A stretch of DNA of 64,000 nucleotides from Candidatus Heteroclostridium caecigallinarum (GCA_904419725.1 CAJFSP010000001.1:129814-193813), one strand, 5' to 3'. Numbered from the stretch's first letter, positions 20,988-29,832 are shown. Numbers and translations are program-made. The notes: a model not told the origin generated them from the letters alone.

Positions 20988-22181
20988 TTACAGCTCCTTG
21001 GCTTTTTCGGGCTTCTCCACCGCCACAGGCAGTCTTTCAGGCGGCTGTCTGTCTTTGAACACGGCGCGCGCCCAGTCCATTGCGGTAAAACTCCATTCTT
21101 TACCGCACGTCGGACAGACGCATTTCACCGTTTTGCCTTCCTGCGTACACACGGCAGGTTCATGCGTGTCTTTGCAAAAACGTCTTAGCCTGTCAATATT
21201 GATTGCCACGCCGCACCCCATTAGCAAAGCGGCGACAAGCAATGTTATGCCGACCAGCACAAGATTCGCTTCGCCGACGACAAAGAGTATCACGGACGTA
21301 ACAACGGACACGCCGATCAGTCCGCCGAGCACGGCGAGCGACGCCACCGTTTCTTTATAGGAAGAAGAAAACAGCGACTTGTACTTCGCATACAATTCTT
21401 TGCGGTAAATATAACACAGCCTGTACAGCCCGAACAAAATCGTGAATATTGCCACCGCCTGCGATATCTTGATGCCGGTGTTGAAGCCGCCCACCCACAG
21501 ATACAGGCTGTCGCTTCGCAGCGCCTCTATGATAAACCTTACGGTGCCGTAATAAACGCCGTAGAAACTCGCCAGCCAGCCCGTGCGGTAATGCTTGCTG
21601 CGCAGCATAAACATAACGATGACAAAGCCTATGCCCGTGCACAGCGACTCATAGAAGAAAGTCGCCTGATACCAGCCGCCCAGCCTGTCGATATACACTG
21701 CGAACGGGAAAAACTGCCACGACGGGTCGGTTACGATGTTACCGAACGCTTCCTGATTGACAAAGTTGCCCCACCTGCCTATGCACTGGGCGATGAGCAG
21801 CCCCGGAATTATCAGGTCGGATATCTGGTAGAAATTCTGCTTTTTGACGCGCGCGACGATATAGCCCACAACATAACCGACGATTACGGCGCCGTATATG
21901 CCGAGACCGCCGTCACGGAAGTTCCAAAATCTCGCCCAGTTGCTGGTCTGTCCGTCATACGGAAACAGAAAAAAATAAAGTCTGGCGCCGAGAATGGCCA
22001 GTGGAATAATCCACAGGGCGTAATCCACGGCGTCATAAGGGTCATAACCCTTTTTCTTCAAAAAATAAGCGAAGAGAGCAATCGCTATCGCGATGCCCGA
22101 TACGATAATTATAGCGTAATAATAAATATCGATACCGAATATCGTAATATGCGGATTTGCCGCCAAAATCGAATTTATCAT
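20988..22181 (-). CDS. lgt: Prolipoprotein diacylglyceryl transferase with a C-terminal extension
   Basis: I place the start at MINSILAANPHITIFGIDIYYY (ATG at 22181..22179). The Lgt motifs GARLYF, GLGIYGAV and GRWGNFVNQEAFG are present. The extra ~120 aa hold 2 TM helices and a Cys-rich tail. I reject the ORF-track N-terminal extension to 22637. Confidence 0.85.
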   Translation of the reverse strand: MINSILAANPHITIFGIDIYYYAIIIVSGIAIAIALFAYFLKKKGYDPYDAVDYALWIIPLAILGARLYFFLFPYDGQTSNWARFWNFRDGGLGIYGAVIVGYVVGYIVARVKKQNFYQISDLIIPGLLIAQCIGRWGNFVNQEAFGNIVTDPSWQFFPFAVYIDRLGGWYQATFFYESLCTGIGFVIVMFMLRSKHYRTGWLASFYGVYYGTVRFIIEALRSDSLYLWVGGFNTGIKISQAVAIFTILFGLYRLCYIYRKELYAKYKSLFSSSYKETVASLAVLGGLIGVSVVTSVILFVVGEANLVLVGITLLVAALLMGCGVAINIDRLRRFCKDTHEPAVCTQEGKTVKCVCPTCGKEWSFTAMDWARAVFKDRQPPERLPVAVEKPEKAKEL

Positions 22182-22188
22182 AGCATAT

Positions 22189-22217
22189 ATTGTAACACAA
22201 TTTGGACGATATGCAAA
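22189..22217 (-). promoter_or_regulatory. Putative lgt promoter (leaderless transcript predicted)
   Basis: The minus strand reads TTTGCA, a 17-nt spacer, then TGtTACAAT. Only 7 nt separate the -10 from the ATG, and there is no SD. Confidence 0.4.
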
Positions 22218-22229
22218 CAAAACTTTTAT

Positions 22230-22258
22230 TTGACAATAATAACGATAAAAATTATCAT
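22230..22258 (+). promoter_or_regulatory. Putative promoter of the TVP38 gene (leaderless transcript predicted)
   Basis: TTGACA (22230..22235), a 17-nt spacer, then TATCAT (22253..22258). The ATG is at 22267 with no SD. Confidence 0.4.
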
Positions 22259-22266
22259 ATATAAAA

Positions 22267-23058
22267 ATGGAAAACAAAAACGCGAATTTCAGCACAAAGA
22301 AAAAAATACGGCGCATAATCATCATCGCCGTGATAATAGCGGCGGTCGTCGCCGCGGTATATTTTACCCTGAAATACACGGGCGTTCTGGAAAAGTTCGA
22401 CTCCGCCGAGAAAATACGGGATTTTATCCTGTCAGGCGGCGCGTGGAGCCGGGTAATATACATGGTTCTGCAATTTTTGCAGGTGACCTTCGTCCCCCTG
22501 CCGGCAATGCTCACGACAATAGCGGGCACGCTGGTGTTCGGCCCGTGGGAAACGGTTTTCATGAGTATAGCCGCGATTATGCTGGGCAGGATATTCGCTT
22601 TCTGGCTGGGCAGAAAATTCGGCATGCCGCTCGTCAAATGGATGGTCGGTCAGGACGACGCCGAAAAATGGTCGCAGGTGCTGGGACGAGGCAAATACAC
22701 TTACTTTCTCATGCTGCTGTTTCCCGCCTTTCCGGACGACATCCTCTGCATCATCGCCGGCATAACCACGATAACCTGGCCGTTCTATCTGACCGCCAAC
22801 ATAATAACGGTAATCATATCCTGCTTTACAATGTGTTTCCTTACAAGCGGTCAGCTGATTCCTTTCAGCGGCTGGGGCATTCCGGTGTGGATTGTGCTGG
22901 GCGTGCTGCTCATCGCGGCGATTATACTTTCTTTTAAATATAAAGACAAAATCGAAAGTTTCGTGACTAATCTGGGCGCAAGGCTCAGCCGTAAAAAACA
23001 GTCAGACCAACCTGACGGGCAAAACGAAAACAACGAATCTGAAAACCAGCAAAAATAA
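22267..23058 (+). CDS. TVP38/TMEM64 (DedA-related) family membrane protein
   Basis: 263 aa, polytopic. Contains [20 protein letters not shown]...GRKFGMPLV...[18 protein letters not shown]. Confidence 0.8.
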   Translation: MENKNANFSTKKKIRRIIIIAVIIAAVVAAVYFTLKYTGVLEKFDSAEKIRDFILSGGAWSRVIYMVLQFLQVTFVPLPAMLTTIAGTLVFGPWETVFMSIAAIMLGRIFAFWLGRKFGMPLVKWMVGQDDAEKWSQVLGRGKYTYFLMLLFPAFPDDILCIIAGITTITWPFYLTANIITVIISCFTMCFLTSGQLIPFSGWGIPVWIVLGVLLIAAIILSFKYKDKIESFVTNLGARLSRKKQSDQPDGQNENNESENQQK

Positions 23059-23084
23059 AGGCGCCTTTACGGCGCCTTTTTCGT
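23057..23084 (+). terminator. Intrinsic terminator
   Basis: GGCGCC-TTTAC-GGCGCC followed by TTTTT. Confidence 0.7.
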
Positions 23085-23189
23085 TTAATTTTCACCCTCA
23101 TGGCAACAATCACTTCATACCGATACATACACACCGGCGCCGCGCGCCGACATAAGATAAACTGTATCGGCATTTACGGAGTGATTGAA

Positions 23190-23561
23190 ATGATTAAACG
23201 AGGACAATTATATTATGCCGATTTAAGTCCCGTAGTGGGCAGCGAACAGGGCGGCGTGCGCCCCGTGCTGATTTTGCAGAACGATATAGGCAACAAGTTC
23301 AGCCCGACTGTCATAGCCGCCGCGACAACCAGCAGGCTCACAAAAGCAAAACTGCCCACGCATATCGCTTTGGAAAAAGACAAATACTGTCTTCCCAAAG
23401 ACAGCATTGTCCTGCTGGAACAGATAAGAACGCTGGACAAAAGCAGATTACTCGACTATATCGGCGAACTGCCGCCCGAGACAATGAATCTGGTGAACAC
23501 CGCTTTGCTGATAAGTCTCGGATTTTACACCAACAACTCGTCGAAAGCAAAAGAAAACTGA
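23190..23561 (+). CDS. mazF: MazF/EndoA-family endoribonuclease toxin, no adjacent antitoxin
   Basis: I place the start at [48 protein letters not shown]...[13 protein letters not shown], behind the RBS GGAG. The sequence closely parallels Bacillus EndoA/NdoA. Confidence 0.85.
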   Translation: MIKRGQLYYADLSPVVGSEQGGVRPVLILQNDIGNKFSPTVIAAATTSRLTKAKLPTHIALEKDKYCLPKDSIVLLEQIRTLDKSRLLDYIGELPPETMNLVNTALLISLGFYTNNSSKAKEN

Positions 23562-23590
23562 AAACAGCCGTCTAACGGCTGTTTTATTTT
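23561..23590. terminator. Bidirectional terminator between mazF and acpS
   Basis: ACAGCCG-TCTAA-CGGCTGT is flanked by an A-run and a T-run. Confidence 0.7.
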
Positions 23591-23937
23591 ATTACGGCGA
23601 AAGCGACGGCGTATCCCCCGTCGTGCGAAACCGACAGAAAAATTTCCTTTCCCCTTTCGGCAAGCAGTCTTTGCGCCTCGCCGTGAAGGCGAAGAAACGG
23701 CGCGCCCTTTTCGTCATGGGCGACTTCCACCTGTTTATAAGTCACTTTGCCTGTAAACCCGCAGCCAAGCGCCTTGACGGCAGCCTCCTTGGCGGCGAAC
23801 ACGCCCGCGGCGCATTCCGTCCGGCCGGCTTTGGAAAATATATATTCTTTTTCGGCGGGAGTGCACACTTTGTCGGTAAATGCCGATAAATCCAAAGCGG
23901 CGATTCGCTCCACGCTGACAATATCCACGCCTATCAT
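23584..23937 (-). CDS. acpS: Holo-[acyl-carrier-protein] synthase
   Basis: I place the start at MIGVDIVSVERI. Contains FAAKEAAVKALG, and the protein is ~117 aa. Confidence 0.85.
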   Translation of the reverse strand: MIGVDIVSVERIAALDLSAFTDKVCTPAEKEYIFSKAGRTECAAGVFAAKEAAVKALGCGFTGKVTYKQVEVAHDEKGAPFLRLHGEAQRLLAERGKEIFLSVSHDGGYAVAFAVIK

Positions 23938-24821
23938 TTTTTCACCGCCGAAAGCACCGCTTTCCTCACGGCGAGAGGCACCGCGCATGTCAGCGCCGTG
24001 AAATCGGCTGTTTTTTCACAGCCTGCCATCACAAACATAGTGTCTCCGTCCAGCATTGTGTGCACCGGCGAAACAGACAAGGCAAGCCCGTTATGCGCCG
24101 CTTCCGCCAACTTGTTTGCCTGCTCTCTTGTCAGAACGGCGTCGGTAAACACACAGCCTATCGTCGTGTTGACGCCGCCTTTGAGGTCTGAAACGGCGTT
24201 TTTAAGAATATAATCGGCGGTACCAACGAACACGCCGTCTTTTTTCGCGCCGGCGACGACCGAACCGCCCTTTTCGATGTCGATGACGTCTCCGAACGAA
24301 TTTGTCACTACAATCGCACCGACGACGGCTTCGCCGACGCTGATTTCGGCGTAGCCCACTCCGCCCTTGCAGCAGTTGTCCATGCCGAAAATCTTGCCGA
24401 CAGTGGCGCCCACGCCTGCGCCCACGCTCCCCGTTTCAAAAGACTCCGCCGCGCATGCGCAGGCGGCATATCCGCTTTTCTTGTCGGGATAGGCAAAGGC
24501 TTTGTAATCGAGGTCGTATATCACCGCGCCGCACACAATAGGCACGTATCTCGTGCCGGTGAAATAGCCTTTTTCATGCTCCGCCAGCCAAAGCATGACT
24601 CCGTCGCACGCTTCGAGACCGAAAGCGCTGCCGCCCGAAAGGCAAACGGCGTTTATTTTCTCCACCGCCTTGCAGCCTTTCAGCAAATCGGTTTCTCTGG
24701 TGCCGGGCGCGCTGCCGCGCACGTCCACGCCGCCGACGGCGCCGTTTTCGGCAATGATAACCGTCGTACCCGTGCCGCCCTCATAATCGGAATAATGGCC
24801 AATCTTAAACCCGTGTATCAT
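23934..24821 (-). CDS. P1/DmpA-family (S58) aminopeptidase
   Basis: 295 aa. The N-terminus reads GFKIGHYSDYEGGTGTTVIIAENGAVGGVDVRGSAPGTRETDLL. Confidence 0.75.
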   Translation of the reverse strand: MIHGFKIGHYSDYEGGTGTTVIIAENGAVGGVDVRGSAPGTRETDLLKGCKAVEKINAVCLSGGSAFGLEACDGVMLWLAEHEKGYFTGTRYVPIVCGAVIYDLDYKAFAYPDKKSGYAACACAAESFETGSVGAGVGATVGKIFGMDNCCKGGVGYAEISVGEAVVGAIVVTNSFGDVIDIEKGGSVVAGAKKDGVFVGTADYILKNAVSDLKGGVNTTIGCVFTDAVLTREQANKLAEAAHNGLALSVSPVHTMLDGDTMFVMAGCEKTADFTALTCAVPLAVRKAVLSAVKK

Positions 24822-24823
24822 AA

Positions 24824-25447
24824 TTACACCTCAAAGTCTTCTTCATCAAGGTATCTTGAAGCGCAGTCGGCGCATACGGAATACTCAAAACCCTTTGCCG
24901 CCAGATGGGCGAACAGTTTTTTCGCCCCGTCACGGCCGCGCGCCCTGTTTTTCATAAACTTGCGGGCGAGTTCCGCGGCGGTTTCTTCCTGCCCGCCAAG
25001 CATATCGTCCACGGCGTCGATAAGTTCGCGTCCGATTCCCTTTTGCGACAGTTCGTATTTTATCCTGCGCGCGCCCTTTTTGCCGCCGTACGCCGAAACA
25101 TACGCCCTGACGTATTCGGCGTCATCGATATACCTGTATTCCGTCATTTTGGAAACAGTCTGCGCTATTATTTCATCGGAAAAGCCCTTGTCCCTGAGAT
25201 ATTTTTCCACCTGGCTGCGGCTTTTCATCGAGCGGCACACGCATTCCACCGCCTTTGAAAAAGCCGTTTCCCTGTCGTGCTCTTCCAGCAGCAGCCCCAG
25301 ACGCGCCCCGTCGATTTCGGCGCCCGCTTTCACGCCGAGTTTGACGGCGCTCTCCGCCGTAACGGAGCACAGAAATTCGCCGTCGGCGTAAACAGAAACC
25401 TTGTTTTTGTTTTTCGCGTTTTGTTTTACTTGCGTGACAATTGCCAT
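24824..25447 (-). CDS. recX: Recombination regulator RecX
   Basis: I place the start at MAIVTQVK. The protein shows the repeated three-helix pattern (SRSQVEKYLRDKGFSDEII..., YIDDAEYVRAYV). Confidence 0.75.
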   Translation of the reverse strand: MAIVTQVKQNAKNKNKVSVYADGEFLCSVTAESAVKLGVKAGAEIDGARLGLLLEEHDRETAFSKAVECVCRSMKSRSQVEKYLRDKGFSDEIIAQTVSKMTEYRYIDDAEYVRAYVSAYGGKKGARRIKYELSQKGIGRELIDAVDDMLGGQEETAAELARKFMKNRARGRDGAKKLFAHLAAKGFEYSVCADCASRYLDEEDFEV

Positions 25448-25510
25448 AAGTACCTTTATTTTAACACAGCCGGCGCCGCAACCGGCGCGGCGGTGCCATT
25501 TATCCGTCAA

Positions 25511-26125
25511 TCAGAACTCCGTCATGATTGTGCCAACAAATTCACACAGCGCCCTGCCCTGCGTCATGTCGCTCAGTTGTTTTACGAAAGCGTCGACCCG
25601 CTTTTCGGGAACAGCCGCTCTGTAAACAACTTCGGCGCCGTAATCGCGCGAAAGTATTTTTCCTTTGTCGCGGCAGACGGTCTCCACCGCCGACACGAGA
25701 GAATAGTCGCATTTTATTTCTGCCGCTACGCACGCCAGAACGCGCACTTTTTCCGCTTCTTCCAGAACCTCAGCGGCCGCCTTTCCGTAAGCCCTGACCA
25801 GACCGCCGGCGCCGAGTTTTATTCCGCCGAAATATCTCGTAACCACCACGGCGACGTTTTCCAGTCCTTTGCCTTGTATCGCGCCGAGAATCGGCAGCCC
25901 GGCCGTGCCCTGCGGCTCTCCGTCGTCGCTGAATTTGCGGCTCTCCGCCGTGACGAACGCGTAACAGTTGTGCGTCGCGTCATAATGCTTTTTGGAAACA
26001 TCGGCTATAAAAAAATTCGCCTGCTCGACAGTCGAAACCCGGCAGGCAAAAGAAATGAACCGCGATTTTTCAACGACGAATTCGTGCCGGAATATTCCGT
26101 CCCGTATTGTCAGAAAATCTTTCAT
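25511..26125 (-). CDS. yigZ: YigZ/IMPACT family protein
   Basis: 204 aa. Contains KSRFI...ATHNCYAF...DDGEPQGTAGLPIL...VVVTRYFGGIKLGAGGLVRAYG. Confidence 0.8.
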   Translation of the reverse strand: MKDFLTIRDGIFRHEFVVEKSRFISFACRVSTVEQANFFIADVSKKHYDATHNCYAFVTAESRKFSDDGEPQGTAGLPILGAIQGKGLENVAVVVTRYFGGIKLGAGGLVRAYGKAAAEVLEEAEKVRVLACVAAEIKCDYSLVSAVETVCRDKGKILSRDYGAEVVYRAAVPEKRVDAFVKQLSDMTQGRALCEFVGTIMTEF

Positions 26126-27330
26126 TTTATTTCAATCAGCAAATGAACTTTTTTGCCCTTGTGGAGCACAAATTTGCCGTCGGCTTTTACGCCGTCGTCA
26201 AGTTGGTAACCGGCTTCAACGACTTTATCGTTGACGCGCACGCCGCCGCCCTCGGCGAGACGGCGCGCTTCGCCGCGGCTTTTGGCGAGACCCACTGACA
26301 CGAGAATGTCGCAGATGTCGTCTGTTCCCGCGGATATTTCGCGCTTAGGCATATTTTCGCTGTCGTTGGAGAAGGACGCCGCTACCTGCGCCTGCACGCT
26401 GTCGGCAATTTCTTCGCCGTGCACGATTTTGGTGACTTCGTACGCCAGACGGATTTTCGCCTTGTTCATGCGTTCGTCTTTGTGCGCGGTCATCTCCCTG
26501 ATTTCCTCGACAGGCATGAAAGTCAAAAGTTTCATGCACTTTTCCACGTCGTTGTCGTCGATGTTGCGCCAGTATTGATAAAAGTCGTAAGGACTGGTTT
26601 TTTCGGCGTCCAGCCACACGGCGCCTTTCGCCGTTTTGCCCATCTTTGTGCCCTCGCTCGTGGTGAGCAGCGCGAAAGTGAGCGCGAACGCCGGTTTGTT
26701 GAGTTTTCTTCTTATGAGGTCGGCGCCTGACAGTATGTTGCTCCACTGGTCGTCGCCGCCGAGTTGCAGGCTGCACCCGTATTTTTCATAAAGAACCAGA
26801 AAGTCATAAGACTGCATCAGCATGTAGTTGAATTCCAGAAAGGTGAGACCCTTTTCCAGCCGCTGTTTGTAGCACTCCGCCGTCAGCATTCTGTTTACGG
26901 AAAACAGCGAGCCGACGTCGCGCAGAAAGTCTATGTAATTGAGCCCGAGCAGCCAGTCGGCGTTGTTGACCATGAGCGCCTTTCCGTCGGAGAAATCGAT
27001 AAACCGGGACATCTGCTTTTTGAAGGCCTCGCAGTTGTGCCTGACCGTTTCAGGCGTCATGAGCGAACGCATGTCCGTTCTGCCCGACGGGTCTCCCACC
27101 ATGCCCGTTCCGCCGCCGATGAGCGCGATTGGCCTGTGCCCCGCTCTCTGCATGTGCGCCATTGCCATAAGCTGCACGAAATGACCGACGTGCAGGCTGT
27201 CCGCCGTCGGGTCGAAACCTATATAAAAGGTAACGCTTTCTTCGCCAAGTTTTTTGTAAAGTTCGTCTTCGAAAACGACTTGTTTGATGAAATCTCTCTC
27301 TTTCAGAATATCAAATACGTTTCTGCCCAT
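26122..27330 (-). CDS. tyrS: Tyrosine--tRNA ligase
   Basis: The HIGH motif (LHVGHF), the KMSKS motif (KMGKT) and a C-terminal S4 domain are present. I prefer the ATG at 27330 (MGRNVFDILKE) over the GTG at 27348 used by the track. Confidence 0.93.
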   Translation of the reverse strand: MGRNVFDILKERDFIKQVVFEDELYKKLGEESVTFYIGFDPTADSLHVGHFVQLMAMAHMQRAGHRPIALIGGGTGMVGDPSGRTDMRSLMTPETVRHNCEAFKKQMSRFIDFSDGKALMVNNADWLLGLNYIDFLRDVGSLFSVNRMLTAECYKQRLEKGLTFLEFNYMLMQSYDFLVLYEKYGCSLQLGGDDQWSNILSGADLIRRKLNKPAFALTFALLTTSEGTKMGKTAKGAVWLDAEKTSPYDFYQYWRNIDDNDVEKCMKLLTFMPVEEIREMTAHKDERMNKAKIRLAYEVTKIVHGEEIADSVQAQVAASFSNDSENMPKREISAGTDDICDILVSVGLAKSRGEARRLAEGGGVRVNDKVVEAGYQLDDGVKADGKFVLHKGKKVHLLIEIK

Positions 27331-27344
27331 AACTTCCCTTGTAA

Positions 27345-29018
27345 TCACAACGTAATATTTTCTATCATCGCCGCCGCGTTTTTCACCGCCACCTTTCTGG
27401 CGTACACAGCCGCCACGGCCGACAGCAGCGCAACGACGACAAAATAAATGTACATCATAATTTCAATTCCCGCAAGCGAAAAGAGCCAATAAAGCCCTAT
27501 TAAAACCACAATCAGCGCGAATGACAGCAAAAGCGAGAACAAACTGGCGTAATTGTTTTTAAGCCCCGTTGAAATATTGTCCCAGTTAAGCCGCGGGTTG
27601 CGCAAATCCATATATACCTGCGCGTAAGAAAATACCAGCCCGATGACCGTACACACTACCAGGGTAATCAGCGCCGACAAAAGCGGCACCTTGATGAGCG
27701 CCAGCGCCAGCGCGACCATGAGCACCACGCCTATTTCGTTGACGATAAAAGACAGTATGGCTTTGGCGTCGATAATCTTACCGTAACTCATCGGTATTAT
27801 TTTAAGAATATAAAAATTGCGGTTTTCCCTGGTAAACGCCGTCGTAGCCGTATAGTTGGTGGCAAACACGAAAAACGTGATGAAACATATGAGCACCAGC
27901 GCCACGATATGCGGCATCTGCGCCATAAGTTCGGCAAAACTCATGCCGATTTCCTCAATATCGGCAGTGACCATGCCGCCCAGGTTAAGCCCCAGAACAA
28001 GCATGACGACGGGACCGATTATTATCTCGAACAGGCAGTAAAACGCCAGTGCCGGATAGCGGATTATTTCCTTGAAATCCTTTCTGATAAACATGGAAAT
28101 CTTCCCGCCCGTTTCATACTTCTGCTTTTTAGCGGCGGACGACTTAGGCGTTTCAAGTTGTCTTGACACGCTGCGTTTATAGACCAGCGCGGAAATCAGG
28201 CAGGCGAACGCCACCAGCGCCGCGTCAATCAGGAAGGCGTACAAAAAGTTAAGCAACGCTGTTCCGAACGGGCCGCCCACCATTGACAGCGCCAGAAATT
28301 TGTTAGGCAGCATTATGTCGGCTATGGCGTTGATTTGCCCCACCATGGCGAGTATTATGCCTTCTATGTCGGTGGACTCTTCCGCCATGCTGATGGAATT
28401 TATCACGAGGAAATACGCCACAAACAGCAGCGTGACCAGCACCAGCAGCGCTACCGTAGACACCACGCTCTTGTTTTTCAGATAAGAGATGACGTACATA
28501 AGCGGAATCGCCAGGATGGTGGCTATAAGCAGCGGCAGCACCGGCACCAGGAAGAAAGAAAACACCAGTCCCAGCGAAAACGGCATGCCCGCGCCTATCG
28601 CGAACGGTATCACGGCGAAAAGCGACAGAACGAAATTGGTGATGAGTTCCAGCACATAGGCGAAAGTCAGTTTGACGGCAAAGACCGTCTGAGGCTTTAC
28701 GGGATATGACAACAGCATTTCGTTGTCTTTTGAAAAATAAATGGTGTTAAGCACCGTCGCTATGCCGAACAGCAGCACGACCAGCTGGATAGCCGAAAAA
28801 ATGCATGTCAGAAAGCCGGGCACGGCGTCGGCGGAAGCCGCCAGTGCGCCCAGCTGATAAATCAGGTAAGCGACAAGCCCGAGCAAAGGCAGGCAGACCA
28901 AAACAAGCAGACCGTATACGGCGAAAATATACCATTTTGTCTTGCCTGTCTGCTTTGACCTGTCAAAACGGAAACTCTGTTTGCAAAGAGCGGTAAACAG
29001 CAGCGAAAAATCTTTCAT
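27345..29018 (-). CDS. Polytopic ABC-exporter permease (putative-ABC-exporter family)
   Basis: 557 aa with more than 10 predicted TM helices. It directly follows the ATPase with a 2-nt gap. Confidence 0.65.
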   Translation of the reverse strand: MKDFSLLFTALCKQSFRFDRSKQTGKTKWYIFAVYGLLVLVCLPLLGLVAYLIYQLGALAASADAVPGFLTCIFSAIQLVVLLFGIATVLNTIYFSKDNEMLLSYPVKPQTVFAVKLTFAYVLELITNFVLSLFAVIPFAIGAGMPFSLGLVFSFFLVPVLPLLIATILAIPLMYVISYLKNKSVVSTVALLVLVTLLFVAYFLVINSISMAEESTDIEGIILAMVGQINAIADIMLPNKFLALSMVGGPFGTALLNFLYAFLIDAALVAFACLISALVYKRSVSRQLETPKSSAAKKQKYETGGKISMFIRKDFKEIIRYPALAFYCLFEIIIGPVVMLVLGLNLGGMVTADIEEIGMSFAELMAQMPHIVALVLICFITFFVFATNYTATTAFTRENRNFYILKIIPMSYGKIIDAKAILSFIVNEIGVVLMVALALALIKVPLLSALITLVVCTVIGLVFSYAQVYMDLRNPRLNWDNISTGLKNNYASLFSLLLSFALIVVLIGLYWLFSLAGIEIMMYIYFVVVALLSAVAAVYARKVAVKNAAAMIENITL

Positions 29019-29020
29019 AG

Positions 29021-29755
29021 TCAGCCCCCGATGTTTTCGCCGGCGGTAACCGACAGGAAGAATTCTTCCAGACTTTCGCCCGCCCTGTCTTTAAGTTCGT
29101 CAACCGTGCCCACGGCGATGAGTTTTCCGTTTTTGATTATGCCGACTCTGTCGCACACCTTTTCCACGACGTCAATGACGTGGCTTGAAAAAAACACGGT
29201 GTGCCCGTTATCGGCGTGCTCTCTCATATACGTTTTGAGTTCGTAGGCGCTTTGCGGGTCAAGCCCGGTGAGCGGTTCGTCGAGTATCCATAACTTTGGC
29301 TGATGAAGCAGCGACCCTATGACGACGAGTTTTTGCTTCATGCCGTGCGAGTATGATTTAATCTGGTCGTTAATAGCGCCCGCCAGACCGAATTTTTCTA
29401 TAAACTCCTGGGCGCGTTCTTTGAGCGAAGCCGACGGCACGTCGTACATGCTGCCCATGAAATTGAGATACTCCATACCGGTGAGTTTGTCATAAGCGGC
29501 GTGGTTGTCAGGAACGTAACCGATATTGTGTTTGAATACATACGGCTCGGCGCGCAGATTGACGCCGTTAAGCACTATATTGCCCTCATCGGGCTGCAAA
29601 ATACCGGTCATCATTTTGATTGTCGTGCTTTTGCCGGCGCCGTTCGGTCCCAGAAAGCCGAATATTTCACCGTCGTTGACGCGCAGGTTTATGCCGTCTA
29701 CGGCTTTGACTTTGCCTTTGGCGTAAGTTTTGGACAGATTTTCAAGTTGAAGCAT
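29021..29755 (-). CDS. ABC transporter ATP-binding protein (EcsA/NatA-like)
   Basis: Walker A is GPNGAGKST, the signature variant is YSHGMKQK, and Walker B is LWILDEP. Confidence 0.9.
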   Translation of the reverse strand: MLQLENLSKTYAKGKVKAVDGINLRVNDGEIFGFLGPNGAGKSTTIKMMTGILQPDEGNIVLNGVNLRAEPYVFKHNIGYVPDNHAAYDKLTGMEYLNFMGSMYDVPSASLKERAQEFIEKFGLAGAINDQIKSYSHGMKQKLVVIGSLLHQPKLWILDEPLTGLDPQSAYELKTYMREHADNGHTVFFSSHVIDVVEKVCDRVGIIKNGKLIAVGTVDELKDRAGESLEEFFLSVTAGENIGG

Positions 29756-29790
29756 AAGTCTGACTCCTCGTTTTGTTTTATATAAAAGAG

Positions 29791-29820
29791 CATATCCCCC
29801 CCCCCTGACGAATTTGTCAA
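29791..29820 (-). promoter_or_regulatory. Putative promoter containing a G10 homopolymer in the spacer
   Basis: On the minus strand, TTGACA (29820..29815) is followed by a spacer that includes 10 consecutive G (plus-strand C-run 29796..29805). A weak -10 (GGATAT/GATATG) follows, ~40 nt upstream of the ABC ATPase ATG. Confidence 0.35.
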
Positions 29821-29832
29821 GCGGTAAGAGTT

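Noticed and set aside
22182-22637. N-terminal 152-aa extension of the lgt ORF (track ORF 20988..22637).
   Set aside because: The extension runs antisense through the promoter region and the 5' part of the well-supported TVP38 gene. The Lgt homology starts at MINSILAANP (22181).
23059-23189. A hidden MazE antitoxin ORF upstream of mazF.
   Set aside because: The only ATG (23100) is in frame with mazF and gives an implausible N-terminal extension ([18 protein letters not shown]...). There is no separate ORF of antitoxin size on either strand.
27331-27420. T-box riboswitch upstream of tyrS.
   Set aside because: There is no intergenic space, because the permease CDS abuts tyrS. None of the T-box conserved blocks (AGAGA, the GNUGGNA-type T-box sequence) is visible. 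The absence is reported as a finding instead.
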